In this document: positions 49,240-59,816 of the stretch, piece by piece
Layout of the letters: every line of letters starts with the position of its first letter
Numbering within the stretch: the stretch's first letter is position 1
Source: a virus
Lineage: Duplodnaviria > Caudoviricetes
Length of the DNA stretch: 64,000 nucleotides
Reading direction: 5' to 3' (one strand)
IMG/VR virus record: IMGVR_UViG_2622736592_000004
Span: 1 to 64,000 of that record
Translations under genes and position numbers: made by a program
Notes under the pieces: generated by a model
The model's input: only the letters and a program-made list of their open reading frames with translations
What the model was told of the DNA's origin: nothing
The model's database searches: none

Positions 49240-50172
49240 CTACAGGGGCCAGGACTTGCTGCCGCGTGCGATGACACCGGCGGCCATCGGCTCGTCCGCG
49301 CGGAGTTGCATGGTTCCGGAAGGCGCGAAGTGCGCGACCGCCGTCGCGCCGCCGAGCAAGTCGCACGACTCGCTCATACCGACCGTCGTTCGGTACTCGG
49401 CGGGAATCAGGAACGCTGTGGACAGCGCACCGGCGGCAACCGTGCTGCCGACCCGGTGGGTGTCCCACCTGCACCACACGGTGCCGTTCTTGGCGCGGAG
49501 CTTGATGCTCGTGGACGCGCCCGTCCATCCGGCCTCGGCGGTCAGGTCGATCCAGCCGGTGTCGCCGAGCAGCAACACCCACACGGTGCCGTTCGACTCG
49601 TAGCTGCGGCCGGTGTCCAGTTCCCGGATCCGCCGGCCCGGCTCGTGCGGGGGCCGGGTCGTGGACGTGCACAGCAGTTGCCCGTCCGACCCGACATACC
49701 AGGCCAGCGGGATGCACTGGCCGGCGTCGGTGACCGTGTCGTTGTAGGGGACCGTCACCTCAGCCAGCGGCAGTTCCCAAACGCCCGTCGAGGTGTCTTC
49801 CCCGTAGGTGGGGGATGGGGTGGTGGGGGTGGCGAGCGCCGACCCCTTCACCACGGCCAAGCCGATCGTCCACGGGTTTCGGGACAGCCGCAGCACGATC
49901 AGGTCCTTGCGGGTGGTGCCCGCCGTGCTGTTCGCATCGACGGTCAGGCTGACCTCGGTGTCGCCGGAGTCCCACCGCAGACCCCGCAGCAGCGCCGCCC
50001 GGGACGCCCGCACCTTCACCCCGAGCAGCGTCGAATCCGCATACACCAGCGGCGTCAGAGCAGGTGATCCGATGAGCCCATCCGGGGCCATCGGGTGCAT
50101 CAGGTCTTCGTACTCGCGGGGCGTTACCGCACGCGAGTTGTGGGCGGTGGTGGGGTACGCGTAGCCAGCCAT
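49240..50172 (-). CDS. Minor tail protein
   Basis: RKDLIVLRL...WELPLAEVTV; position in the tail operon. Confidence 0.8.
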   Translation of the reverse strand: MAGYAYPTTAHNSRAVTPREYEDLMHPMAPDGLIGSPALTPLVYADSTLLGVKVRASRAALLRGLRWDSGDTEVSLTVDANSTAGTTRKDLIVLRLSRNPWTIGLAVVKGSALATPTTPSPTYGEDTSTGVWELPLAEVTVPYNDTVTDAGQCIPLAWYVGSDGQLLCTSTTRPPHEPGRRIRELDTGRSYESNGTVWVLLLGDTGWIDLTAEAGWTGASTSIKLRAKNGTVWCRWDTHRVGSTVAAGALSTAFLIPAEYRTTVGMSESCDLLGGATAVAHFAPSGTMQLRADEPMAAGVIARGSKSWPL

Positions 50173-50190
50173 CCGCGCCTCCCCTCAGGG

Positions 50191-51387
50191 CTAGAGCGGA
50201 ACTTCGACGGTCGCGCCACGCCTGGCGAGTTGTCGGAGGATGTCGCGCTGCACGGCGGCAGCGGGGTTGAGCATCTGGGCGGAGCCGACGCCGATGACCG
50301 GACGGATCGTTTCGCCGTCGTCGGGGCTGGCCTCGATCTCCACAGCCGAGATCACGTCGGGCACGTCCGGCAGGCCCGGGTATGCCTCCACCGCGACCAG
50401 GTCCCCGAGCCGGTAGTTGACGCCGTACCGCTGGCCGTCGATGTCGGCGGCGACCACGGCGAGGCGCTGCACCTCAGCCGACCCGGCCAGATCGTCATCG
50501 ACGGCAGCCTCAAGCTCCGTCAGGTTGTCGGAACCGGCAGCGTCGATGAACGTCTCCAAGCGCCACCAGTCGCCCGGATCGCCCCGCTCGACGATGACCC
50601 GGTTCACCCCGGAGTCCTTGCCGCCGCCGATGCCGACCGTCGCCGACGGCGCTTCCGGCTCGTGTTTGATTGACAGCAGGTTGCCCATCGACCGGGAGAA
50701 CCAGATCCCGCCGGTCTTGTCTTCGGGGCCGTACACCTGGAACTCGATGGTGTCGTTGACCTGCTGGGTGCGGAACCCGACCCTGCCGCCGGCCAAGTTG
50801 ACGATGCCGCGCAGGTCGTCGGTCACCGGGGCGAACCGCGTCGACCACGACACCGGGTCACCGCCGAGCCCAGCCGGATCCCCGAGAACCAGTTGCGGTA
50901 TCCGCCTCGCAGGAAGGGCACCCGGCCCCGCGTTGGAGTTGACCAGGGAACGCATCAGGTTCTCCGGCGCGTCCGTGAACGTCCACTTGGCCACGTCCTG
51001 TGCGGTCGCCGCGAGCGCGGGGTTGGGGTAGCTGAGCCTGCCTGCGATCAGCGCCAAGTCGTCGGCGAAGCGGACCGTGAGGTCGCCGTAGCCGTCATCG
51101 CCGTGGGTGGCCGCCGACCAGTCCAGCGCCCCCGCGTACTCGATCGGTCCGGCCAGCAGGATGACCCCGTTGCGTTCGACCACGGCCCGAGCCTTGGGGG
51201 TGCGGACGGCGGTGACTACGTCCGGGTACGCCGGCACGGTGAACTCACCGGACGACACCTCGTTGAACCGGAGCGTCACCGACAGGGACGTCCAGTCGTC
51301 GACCTGCTGAGAGATGACATTGAGGTCACCGTCGGTGATCCAGATGACGTATTCGGCGGGGGTAGGTGCGGGGCCGTGAACACCCAC
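50191..51387 (-). CDS. Siphovirus Gp37-like minor tail (hub) protein
   Basis: Follows the distal tail gene; LRFNEV, RLETFID and YGVNYRLGDLV motifs. Confidence 0.8.
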   Translation of the reverse strand: MGVHGPAPTPAEYVIWITDGDLNVISQQVDDWTSLSVTLRFNEVSSGEFTVPAYPDVVTAVRTPKARAVVERNGVILLAGPIEYAGALDWSAATHGDDGYGDLTVRFADDLALIAGRLSYPNPALAATAQDVAKWTFTDAPENLMRSLVNSNAGPGALPARRIPQLVLGDPAGLGGDPVSWSTRFAPVTDDLRGIVNLAGGRVGFRTQQVNDTIEFQVYGPEDKTGGIWFSRSMGNLLSIKHEPEAPSATVGIGGGKDSGVNRVIVERGDPGDWWRLETFIDAAGSDNLTELEAAVDDDLAGSAEVQRLAVVAADIDGQRYGVNYRLGDLVAVEAYPGLPDVPDVISAVEIEASPDDGETIRPVIGVGSAQMLNPAAAVQRDILRQLARRGATVEVPL

Positions 51388-51397
51388 AAGCCACCCC

Positions 51398-52345
51398 CTA
51401 CGCCGTGTTGTAGTGGGGGTAGAACGTCACGGTGATCGTGGTTCCCGGCCCAGAGCCGGCCACCGTGAACTCCAAGTCGTTGACGCCCGGCCTCAACCGC
51501 CACAGGGTTGAGCCGGGCCGTTGCAGTGCGCCGCCGAGCATTTCCCCAGACGGGCCGAGGACCCGCCCCGGGTCGGTGGTGATGGTGATCGTCTGCCCCG
51601 CCGACAGCGCATAGTTGATGGTGAACTGCTGGCCGAGGGTGTTGTTGGTGGCGACCAGTTGCGTCGCCGGCCCCGTCAACGTCCAGGTGGGCCACGCCTC
51701 CACCGTGCCGGGATTGGTCATCTCGGTTGCGCCGAGCACGTCGCCGGAGCTGATGTTGGGGAACGGGTCGAGGTAGTCGACGGTCTCCCCGTAGGCGCGG
51801 GACAGGGTGATGGGCTGCGAGTCCCGCCACAACCCGTCAGGGCAGAACAGCGACAGCGTGGGCGTGTCCTCCGTCTGCCCCTGGCCGGGTTCGCCTTCCC
51901 ACCCGGACTGGTAGTAGGCGAGCACCTCACGCGCGGTGCCGTCGGGGCGGACCAGCCGAAACAGACCCGGGCCGTCCCACATGGTTAACGCGAACGACTC
52001 CGCTAAATCCCGCCACCGCTGCAGGAATTCGAGGTGCGTCTTACCTCGGATCCGCACCGGCCACGTCAAGTTGCGGGCCTGCCGACGCACCCCCGTCACC
52101 TGGACCCCGCCACGTGCGGCAGGACGCGACTGGATGGCGATGGGGGTGAGCCCGTAGCCGGTGACGGCATTCAGGGAGAACAGGTCCCGGCCGGGCGGGT
52201 TGAGATACCACTCCACCCCGGCCGGATCAATCCACAGCGGCACATACTCGCCCGGATCGAACCGGGGCAGCGGCACCGGTAGCGGCCTCGGTGGGGGTGG
52301 CTCAACCGGCGGTGTGGTGGGGGCAGCCCCAATGATCAGCGGCAC
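51398..52345 (-). CDS. Distal tail protein (Dit)
   Basis: Directly after the tape measure; NPGTVEAWPTW..GP...L.PGVN motif. Confidence 0.8.
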   Translation of the reverse strand: MPLIIGAAPTTPPVEPPPPRPLPVPLPRFDPGEYVPLWIDPAGVEWYLNPPGRDLFSLNAVTGYGLTPIAIQSRPAARGGVQVTGVRRQARNLTWPVRIRGKTHLEFLQRWRDLAESFALTMWDGPGLFRLVRPDGTAREVLAYYQSGWEGEPGQGQTEDTPTLSLFCPDGLWRDSQPITLSRAYGETVDYLDPFPNISSGDVLGATEMTNPGTVEAWPTWTLTGPATQLVATNNTLGQQFTINYALSAGQTITITTDPGRVLGPSGEMLGGALQRPGSTLWRLRPGVNDLEFTVAGSGPGTTITVTFYPHYNTA

Positions 52346-52366
52346 CAGCCACCCCCACCCATCTGA

Positions 52367-55300
52367 TTAGCCCTTGCGTCCGACGCGGGCGCGAGCATCC
52401 ATCTGCCGCAGGGTCGCCGACATCTCCGACAGCGACGGCGGCCCGCCCTGCGAGTTGACGGTCATGTTGTTGGTGACCTGCGTCGACACACCCGAACCTT
52501 GGTCGCCGCGCACGAACCTGCCGCCGTACCAGCCTGCGCCGATGGACAGCAGATCCTCACCCCGCCGCCGGCTACCCAGTCGGGGGAGGAACAGTTCCCC
52601 GCCGGTGCCCTTCTCGGCGAAGCCGTACAGGGTCTTCGCCGAGTCGAACAGGCCACCCTCGGACAGGCTGAGCAGCCCCGACGGGGAGCCCATGTACACG
52701 CCGCCGATCGCGTTCGGGGTGAGCACGATCTTCCCGTACTGCTTGAGCAAGCTGTCGATCTGCGACTTCGGCATGCCCGACCCGCCGAGGATCTTCCGTA
52801 GCTGATCCACGTACGAGTCGTAGACGCCGGTCGCCTTCGACTTGCTGCCCGTCTGCTCCAACACGGCCTGCGCCGCGTCCTGCGCGTCCTTGAGGAACCG
52901 GAACAGGGCGGTCAGGTTATCCCGACCAACCTCATCCTTCACATCGAAGATCGGCTTGTTCAGCGAGAACAGATCCGTGATGCTGGCCAACGAACCCTCA
53001 GCGGAGATCGCCGCCTGCGCGGCAGCGATGTTCTTCTCCGACCCCACCGGACCCGGCGTGTCATAGGTGGGCCGGGTGGCCAGCTTCTTCATCAACGAGT
53101 CGATGGTCGAAGCCGACACCTTCTGCTGCTTGAGGGTGGATCTCAACTTCGCGATGTGGGCGTCGTACTCCTTGTTCGCAGCCTTCACGCTGCCCGTCTC
53201 GCGGAACTTCGCCTGCGCGGCCTCCTCGGCAGCCTTCACTGACGAGATGACGGCGGAGTAGTTTTCGCGTCCCTTTTTCGTCGACAGACTGAACGAGCGC
53301 CCGTTCTCCTTGAGGCTTTCATTCAGTCTCTGGATGGCGTCCCGGGCCTGGATGTATGCCTCCACCGACTCCAGCGGGGTACCCCGATCCGAGGACGTGG
53401 AAGACGCCGACGCACCGTAGGCGACCAACCCCGACGCCGCCGCGACCATGCTGCCACCGGCGATCACACCACCGGCAGCCATCGGCACCACCCTGGCGTT
53501 GTTCCACGACGCGGCCTCGGCCAGGATCGACAGGCTTCGGTTCCGGTCACCCCGGCGGGGGATGTACGCTTCCCCGCCGGTTTCCGGCTCCGCGAATTTC
53601 ACCAGGGGTGGGTTGCTGGCCGGGTAGATGCCGGCCTCCAACGTGCCACCGGCAGCCATCGGAATCGGCCGGTCGATGCCACCCCACCGCTTGAGCTGCG
53701 TACCACCCGGCACTTTCAGGTTGCCGCTGCTCGTCCACCGCACCTGCCCGGTGATCGTGAAATGCCGATCGCGAAACGAGTTCAGCACCGACTTCGCGGC
53801 ACGCATGTCCGCCATCGCCTGCGCCGTTTTCGCCCCGATCAGCACGACCTTGCCGTTCGGCAGTTGGCGGATCTGGTAGAGCACACCGCCGACCTGGCTG
53901 GCGGCGTTCGTCGCACCCGGGGCGGTAACCGGCGTGGTGACCGCCGGCGGCATCATCCCGTACCGTTCGATCAGTGCATCGATCTGCTCGTCGGTCAGCT
54001 TCGCCCCGTGCAAGGTCTTCCGCAGCGCCTCAATGTACTTGTCGTACACCCCGGCGGCCTGCTCCACAGAACCGGTTTCCTCGAACCGCTTCTGTGCCGC
54101 TTCGGCCGCAGCCTGGATCATATCCAGGGTGAGCTGCTTGTTCTCCCGCCCCTTTTCGTTGGCGATATTGAAATCGGTCCCCTGCTTGTTAAGGGCGCGC
54201 CCGTTCTCTTTCAGCGCAGCCGATAGCCGGTCAACGCTTTCTTCCGCCTTGATCTCAGCCTCAGCAGACGAGATCGCGGCCCCGTTCAGCTCGTTGAATA
54301 CGTCGATCAAGTCCCGGCCTGAGGTGACCGCACCCCGCAAGCCGCCGGTGAGGGTCCGCGCACGAGTCTCCAGCGCGGCCAGCGACCCGGCACCATTGTT
54401 CGCGGCACCGTTGAGGCGTTCCATCTGCCCGACGGTCTGCGGCATGATCTTCGCAAGCTCACCCGCGTCCAGCCCCGAAGCCGACAAGATCCGATTCCAG
54501 GCGGCGTTGACACCCGCCGTGTTATTGGTTGTCTTCGCGTACTGGGCGACCGCCGAATCCAGGGCTTGGATGCGCTCCTTACCGCCGGTGAAACTGTCCC
54601 CGTAGATCAGCTCGTTCAGGGACTTCGCTGGTGGCAACAGCGACTCGATCGACCGACCAAGATTCGGGAACCACTTGTCGCCTGCCGTCTCAGCCGACAG
54701 GTTGAGCCCCTCCAGGTTGTCGCCGAACACCCGGGTCAACTCACCTGTCGCCCGGCCAGTCTCGGCGAACTCCTCAACCGACTTGGTGAGCCGGTCCACG
54801 TCGGCGATCGGGTCCACGAACTGGTCGAGCACCGCCCCGGCGAGCTGCAACGCGATGAGCGCAGTCACAGCCTTGTTGGCTGCTGACGCAAACCCGGTAA
54901 TCCCCTTAGCCGCCAACGCTCCGGCGGGACCCATCGCAGCAACCTTCACCGCAGCACCTTGAGCCGCAAGACCCAGGGTGGCCACTGCGCCGCTGGTCTT
55001 CTTCGCTACCGCACCCAGCGCGAGCGCAGCAATGACGAACGACTGGAACTCGTCACCGAGCGCGTTGAACAGGTCGAACACCACGCGCAGCGCGGCGGAG
55101 CCGGTGGCGAGGATGTCGAACATGGTGGCGAGACCCTCGCGGGTGCCCGGATCCGCGAGCGCGTCGCGGGCGATACCGGCGAGGGGCCCCAGCACTTCCG
55201 CCATGCCCTCATACGCGGTGGTCAGGGTATCGACGATGCCGGCGATGTCCTCCGCGCCCCGCCCCGACGCCATGTACTCGTCGAGGGCCCGCGCCGTCCC

Positions 55301-56596
55301 TACAATCGCGCTGTTCTGGTTGTTGACGGCGCTGATGACACTGCCGATGATCGACGCCAGATCACCGGTGATCGACATCAGCGCGCTCGCCGACTCGGCA
55401 CCCGCCGCAAAGAACTCCGCCAGGTCGCCAGTCGAGCGGGCACGGGCGATACCAGCAGTCATCGAGTCGATGGCCCCCGCCAGCCGGTCACCGATCACCC
55501 GCACCAGCGGATCGGCGGCGACAGCAACCGACGAAAGGGCACGAGCCACCGGCTGGATGCGCACAACCAGTTGATCGAAGATTCGGTCGGCGGTGGCGGT
55601 GACCTGCTGGAATCCGCCAAGGATCATCGGGTCGGTGGCGGCGTCGGTTATCGCGGTCATGGCGAGCGACCAGTCGTGGGCGAGGATCGTCGCCTGCCGG
55701 CCGACGGTGGGCAGGGTGTCGGTGGCAAGCCGTTCCAAGTTGCCAGCGGCGCTGGCGTAGGCGGCGTCTTGGAGGGACTGCTGTAACCCCAGCAGTTGCG
55801 GCTTGAGCCGCCCCACCTCCTGCACCAGTGCCTTCGCCGAAGGGCTGAGCTGCGTGAACGGGTCGTCGACCTCAAACAGGTCGCCGAGAGCGTCGCTGAG
55901 GCCGATAGAGGCGACCTTGACGGTGCCCATCGCGGCAGCAGCCCCACCGAGAATCCCCGGCAAGGTGCCGACCGCAGCACCAGCAGCGACTGCGGCAGGG
56001 GCGATGTACTGGAGTGCGCCGCCCGCAGCGGCTGCCGCCGACGCGGTGACCGCCAGCAGCGTGCCCGCGCGCTGGCCCAGCTCACTTAGGGCATTGCCGG
56101 CTTCGTCCGCGTCCCGGGCGATCGACTTGACCCCACCGCCAACCGACACGGTGCCCAGCCGGCCGGCAGCCGCCTCGTGGGTGCGTGCCGCAGCGGCGAA
56201 CTTGTCCGACGACGAAGCCCACCGCTCGGTGGCAACCTCATACCGCTTGGATGCCCGGTCGTGGCGGCCCGCCGACTGCTGCGCCGTCTTCGACGCGGCA
56301 GCCAACTTGTCGGCAGCCTCACCGGCCCGACCCGCATGCTCCTCCCACAAGGCCGACGACGACGCGAAGCGGTTCGCCGACCCCTCGTACATGGCGGCAG
56401 CGGCGTCGAACTTCTTCGCAGCGGCGGTGACCTTGCGGCCTGCCGCGTCGAGATTCTTGCCTACCCCGGACGCCTCCCGCTCCAGGCGGGCAAGCTGGTC
56501 GGCGAGCCGGTTGGTGGCCCTGGCCGCCTGCGCCGCGCCTGAGGTGTAGTCGTGCACCTGCATGCGGAGACGCACAGACACGGTCCGGTCGGCCAT
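52367..56596 (-). CDS. Tape measure protein
   Basis: About 1400 aa, Ala-rich and helical; MADRTVSVRL start; FAEPETGGEAYIP motif. Confidence 0.92.
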   Translation of the reverse strand: MADRTVSVRLRMQVHDYTSGAAQAARATNRLADQLARLEREASGVGKNLDAAGRKVTAAAKKFDAAAAMYEGSANRFASSSALWEEHAGRAGEAADKLAAASKTAQQSAGRHDRASKRYEVATERWASSSDKFAAAARTHEAAAGRLGTVSVGGGVKSIARDADEAGNALSELGQRAGTLLAVTASAAAAAGGALQYIAPAAVAAGAAVGTLPGILGGAAAAMGTVKVASIGLSDALGDLFEVDDPFTQLSPSAKALVQEVGRLKPQLLGLQQSLQDAAYASAAGNLERLATDTLPTVGRQATILAHDWSLAMTAITDAATDPMILGGFQQVTATADRIFDQLVVRIQPVARALSSVAVAADPLVRVIGDRLAGAIDSMTAGIARARSTGDLAEFFAAGAESASALMSITGDLASIIGSVISAVNNQNSAIVGTARALDEYMASGRGAEDIAGIVDTLTTAYEGMAEVLGPLAGIARDALADPGTREGLATMFDILATGSAALRVVFDLFNALGDEFQSFVIAALALGAVAKKTSGAVATLGLAAQGAAVKVAAMGPAGALAAKGITGFASAANKAVTALIALQLAGAVLDQFVDPIADVDRLTKSVEEFAETGRATGELTRVFGDNLEGLNLSAETAGDKWFPNLGRSIESLLPPAKSLNELIYGDSFTGGKERIQALDSAVAQYAKTTNNTAGVNAAWNRILSASGLDAGELAKIMPQTVGQMERLNGAANNGAGSLAALETRARTLTGGLRGAVTSGRDLIDVFNELNGAAISSAEAEIKAEESVDRLSAALKENGRALNKQGTDFNIANEKGRENKQLTLDMIQAAAEAAQKRFEETGSVEQAAGVYDKYIEALRKTLHGAKLTDEQIDALIERYGMMPPAVTTPVTAPGATNAASQVGGVLYQIRQLPNGKVVLIGAKTAQAMADMRAAKSVLNSFRDRHFTITGQVRWTSSGNLKVPGGTQLKRWGGIDRPIPMAAGGTLEAGIYPASNPPLVKFAEPETGGEAYIPRRGDRNRSLSILAEAASWNNARVVPMAAGGVIAGGSMVAAASGLVAYGASASSTSSDRGTPLESVEAYIQARDAIQRLNESLKENGRSFSLSTKKGRENYSAVISSVKAAEEAAQAKFRETGSVKAANKEYDAHIAKLRSTLKQQKVSASTIDSLMKKLATRPTYDTPGPVGSEKNIAAAQAAISAEGSLASITDLFSLNKPIFDVKDEVGRDNLTALFRFLKDAQDAAQAVLEQTGSKSKATGVYDSYVDQLRKILGGSGMPKSQIDSLLKQYGKIVLTPNAIGGVYMGSPSGLLSLSEGGLFDSAKTLYGFAEKGTGGELFLPRLGSRRRGEDLLSIGAGWYGGRFVRGDQGSGVSTQVTNNMTVNSQGGPPSLSEMSATLRQMDARARVGRKG

Positions 56597-57578
56597 TACC
56601 GCCCCTTCCGTCTGCGTCGGGGCGGCTTGGCGACACGCACAACCGTGTGGATCATGTACGGGGCCTGGTCTGGGTCGTTCTTCGACCACTTCTCTTCCGA
56701 CCGCACCAGCGCCTTGCAGCTAAAGCACTCGGTGGGGTCTTCGGCCACGTACTGGCTGGTGGCGTCAGGGTTGTCTGGGTCGTTGTCCGGGTCCGTGCAC
56801 TCCGCCAACGGCTGCCCGCACTTGCGGCACAGGGTGGCCTCGTGCAGGTCCAAGGCGAGCATCCACGCCCGCTCCCGGCCATCCCACTCCACCTCGCGGG
56901 ACGTCACCCATCGGGTGGGGCGACCCTGCTCATCCCACGCGGTCACCTCAGTGGCTTCGCGGGGCTCCCACCCGTCGAACCGCTTGAGGCTGACCCCTAG
57001 GCCGCGAGCGGCAGTCAGCTTCCGGCGGAGTTCCGGGGACTCTGCGAGCTGACCGGCGAGAAAGGGACATCGTGGTCCACCTGGTTGAGGTCCCACGCCT
57101 CGTTGGCCAGCTTGTTGAACTGGGCGTCGGACAGCTTCACGTACAGGCGATCCCATCGGTCCCCGCTCAGTTCGGGGAACACGATCGACTGTCGGACGAA
57201 GGCGGGGAAGAACGTGTCGTAGTTGACGCCGAGCCCGTCCTTCGGTTCGCGCTTGCCGGTTGCCTTGTCGACGCGCGGCGGGTGCTTGGCGAACAGCGCA
57301 TTCCACTCCGGCTTCGGCAAGGCGCGCAGCGTGAACTCCACCGTGTGCCGGCGCATCTCGTCCGCGAGGCGGTCCAGCTCCGGCTGGTCCGGGTCAGGTG
57401 CGGGGGCCTTCGTCGCGAGCCGGTCGTCACCGGGCAGCCCGCCAGACTCGGCCTGCACGGCGCGTTCGTCGATCGCAGCCTTGAGACGCTCGTACTCGGC
57501 GCGCAGCCTGCCGTTGAGGCAGAGGGCCACGGTCGTTTCGGCGAGGGTCGCCTGATCGAGGATGCTGTCGAAATCCAT
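56596..57578 (-). CDS. Tail assembly chaperone pair (57015-57578 plus -1 frameshift extension to 56596)
   Basis: Slippery C CCT TTC at 57066-57060 links the two overlapping frames between tail tube and tape measure. Confidence 0.85.
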
Positions 57579-57667
57579 GGTTGGTCGCTCCCCAGCGAAG
57601 TCGGGTATGGGAGCGGGCCGCATCCCACTGTCGGATGCGGCCCGCGAAGAAGAAGGGGCGAGCGGGG

Positions 57668-58174
57668 TTACGGGCCGGCGACGACCGCCACGTCACGCTG
57701 CACCGAGCCGATGACGAACGGCTTCTGCGTGATCTTGTGCACGGAGTTCCGGGCCGGGGTGTTTTTGCGAGGGAGCCCCATCTCCACGGGGTACACGTCC
57801 ACCAGGTCCCCGACGGCGATCGCATCCTCGAAGTCGACGGCCCACCTGAGCACGATGTTGCCTTGGGTGCCCGGCGCGAGGGCGATGCGCGCCTCGTCGT
57901 CGTCGGGAGACGCCGGGTTGAAGACGTAGGTCAACTCCAGCGTGTCGGTGAAGTCGCCGCGCGCCTCGAAAATCTGCTTCGAGCACAGACGCGGGTCGTC
58001 GATCGTGTTCTCGCTGATCTCCGTGGTCAGGCCGTCGCCGGTCAGGTAGCAGGACAGGTCGAGGACCGTGCCCGCAGTCAGCTCCGTGAGCTTCGGCGCG
58101 GCAGTGTTGGCGATGGCCGGCACCCACAGCGCCGTCATCGTTCCATTGGTATTTACTGCAATGGGCTGACTCAC
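57668..58174 (-). CDS. Major tail (tube) protein
   Basis: WVPAIA..APKLTEL..G..DLSCYL...DPRLC. Confidence 0.85.
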   Translation of the reverse strand: MSQPIAVNTNGTMTALWVPAIANTAAPKLTELTAGTVLDLSCYLTGDGLTTEISENTIDDPRLCSKQIFEARGDFTDTLELTYVFNPASPDDDEARIALAPGTQGNIVLRWAVDFEDAIAVGDLVDVYPVEMGLPRKNTPARNSVHKITQKPFVIGSVQRDVAVVAGP

Positions 58175-58524
58175 GAGCGCTTACCGCCCTTCGTGCTGGT
58201 GGTGGAGGTGGTCGGGGCGGCGTTGGCGTCCTCGGCGGCGCTCGCGGTGTCGTCGGTGGTGGGCGTGTCGCCTCGGCCCTCACCGGCGGTGCCGTCACCC
58301 TTCGGAGCGGCATCGCCGCCAAGGTCGGTGCGGTACTTCGCCGGGCGGGCACGGCGACCCCAGTTGAGGGGGTAGTCCGGCACGGGGGTCATGCCGTCAC
58401 GGATCGCGGTCTGCGGCACGTCGTAGCGGTGACCGGTGTCGGCGTCCTCCACCCACACGAACGGCACCCGGCCGGTCGTATCGCGTGGCGCAGACCGCCG
58501 GCCGCCGAGGCGGTCGTCAGCCAT
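58171..58524 (-). CDS. Small virion-module protein
   Basis: WVEDADTGHRYDV motif; position before the tail tube gene. Confidence 0.6.
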   Translation of the reverse strand: MADDRLGGRRSAPRDTTGRVPFVWVEDADTGHRYDVPQTAIRDGMTPVPDYPLNWGRRARPAKYRTDLGGDAAPKGDGTAGEGRGDTPTTDDTASAAEDANAAPTTSTTSTKGGKRS

Positions 58525-58535
58525 TACTGGTCCTC

Positions 58536-58985
58536 TCAGGTCGTACGGATCGGGGAGCTGTGCAGGGTGAAGAACAAGGGCGTGAAGTAGATGCGCCTGC
58601 CATCCGGGGACTTGACGTTCGGATCGACGGCGGGCGGGCCGGGGATGCCGGGCTCCTGCTCGATGTCGCCGCAGCGCCGGCCGACGATGGTTGGTCGTTT
58701 GCGGTGCAGCACCCGCCGGGCGCGATCAGCCGCCCCCAGCACATCGAGCGGGGTCAGGCCGACACACGTGATTTGGGTGCGGGTCCACACCTCACCGCCG
58801 TCCCCGGCGAGACGCTCCACCACCGGACTGCCGGGGGCACCCCACACCACGTAGTGCGGAAAGGTGAGCTGGTCGTCGGGCACGTTGACGTCGCCCTCAT
58901 GCACCTCAAAGGCAGTGCCGGTACGCAGCAGGGCGGCGACGGCCTGGGCGTGATCGACGGACGGCTCAACCGACGGAGCGGTCAC
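58536..58985 (-). CDS. Tail terminator-like protein
   Basis: PHYVVW...QITCVG; synteny. Confidence 0.7.
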   Translation of the reverse strand: MTAPSVEPSVDHAQAVAALLRTGTAFEVHEGDVNVPDDQLTFPHYVVWGAPGSPVVERLAGDGGEVWTRTQITCVGLTPLDVLGAADRARRVLHRKRPTIVGRRCGDIEQEPGIPGPPAVDPNVKSPDGRRIYFTPLFFTLHSSPIRTT

Positions 58986-58999
58986 GCGGCCACCCCCGA

Positions 59000-59377
59000 T
59001 CAGTCGAACGGGTCGCCGATCGCCTCACACGCGGCGATGAAGCCTGGAGCCACGGCGTCGAGGGACGGGCCGACGAACGGCCGCGGGGCCATACGGGAAG
59101 TGCCGTGCTCGACGAACTTTGCGTAATGGGCTTCCGGCCCGTACTCGCCTTCCATCGCCCCGGACCTGCCGTCGCCAGTGAACGAGGTCGTCACCGATGA
59201 CCGCATGAAACCCGTGTCGACAGCCGCCAGCCGGCGGGCGACGCTTGCGCCTTCCTCGGTGGAGCGCCGGACCACCGCTGCGCCCTTCGCGCCGATCCGT
59301 TTCCCGGCGGTGCGTAACTGCGCCTCGATCGGTGCGAACTCCAGAACACCGTCCACCCAGATGGCAGCCACGGTCAC
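59000..59377 (-). CDS. HK97 gp10-like tail completion protein
   Basis: AVDTGFMRSS...YAKFVEHGTSRMAPRPF. Confidence 0.85.
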   Translation of the reverse strand: MTVAAIWVDGVLEFAPIEAQLRTAGKRIGAKGAAVVRRSTEEGASVARRLAAVDTGFMRSSVTTSFTGDGRSGAMEGEYGPEAHYAKFVEHGTSRMAPRPFVGPSLDAVAPGFIAACEAIGDPFD

Positions 59378-59805
59378 CCCCGACGGTTGATGGGTTCCTC
59401 GATGTCGCAGCCGACGTTGCGCTGCCACGACAGGCCAGAGCGGGGCACATCCACCACCCGCAGCCGCACACCCGGCAGAGACGGGTCGCCGTCGCAGCCG
59501 TCGACCACCCACACATCCCGGACGTGCGGGACGGGGGTCTCGGCGGGCAGCACGAGCAGGTATCCGCCGACCGCCACGATCCGGTCGGCCTGCATGCCCT
59601 GCGCGCCGCTGTTCGCGCGGATCCGCGCCTGACCCGAGTAGATGAGCGCCGGATCTGGAAACGTGGTCGTGCCGGTAGCCGGATCACGCACGCCCGTCTC
59701 GGAGGGGCGCAGCAGTCGACCGGTCACGGTCATCGCAGCCTCAGACACCGGACGGTGGTGCGCCTCGAAACGAGAATGAATCAGGCGGTGGTTGGGCAGC
59801 GGCAT
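59374..59805 (-). CDS. Head closure (DUF6093-like) protein
   Basis: DPATG...IYSGQARI; synteny. Confidence 0.7.
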   Translation of the reverse strand: MPLPNHRLIHSRFEAHHRPVSEAAMTVTGRLLRPSETGVRDPATGTTTFPDPALIYSGQARIRANSGAQGMQADRIVAVGGYLLVLPAETPVPHVRDVWVVDGCDGDPSLPGVRLRVVDVPRSGLSWQRNVGCDIEEPINRRG

Positions 59806-59816
59806 CAGGGCACCCC

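Noticed and set aside
57060-57066. Frameshift as a pseudogene or sequencing error
   Set aside because: Matches the well-known programmed -1 frameshift of tail assembly chaperones; not novel
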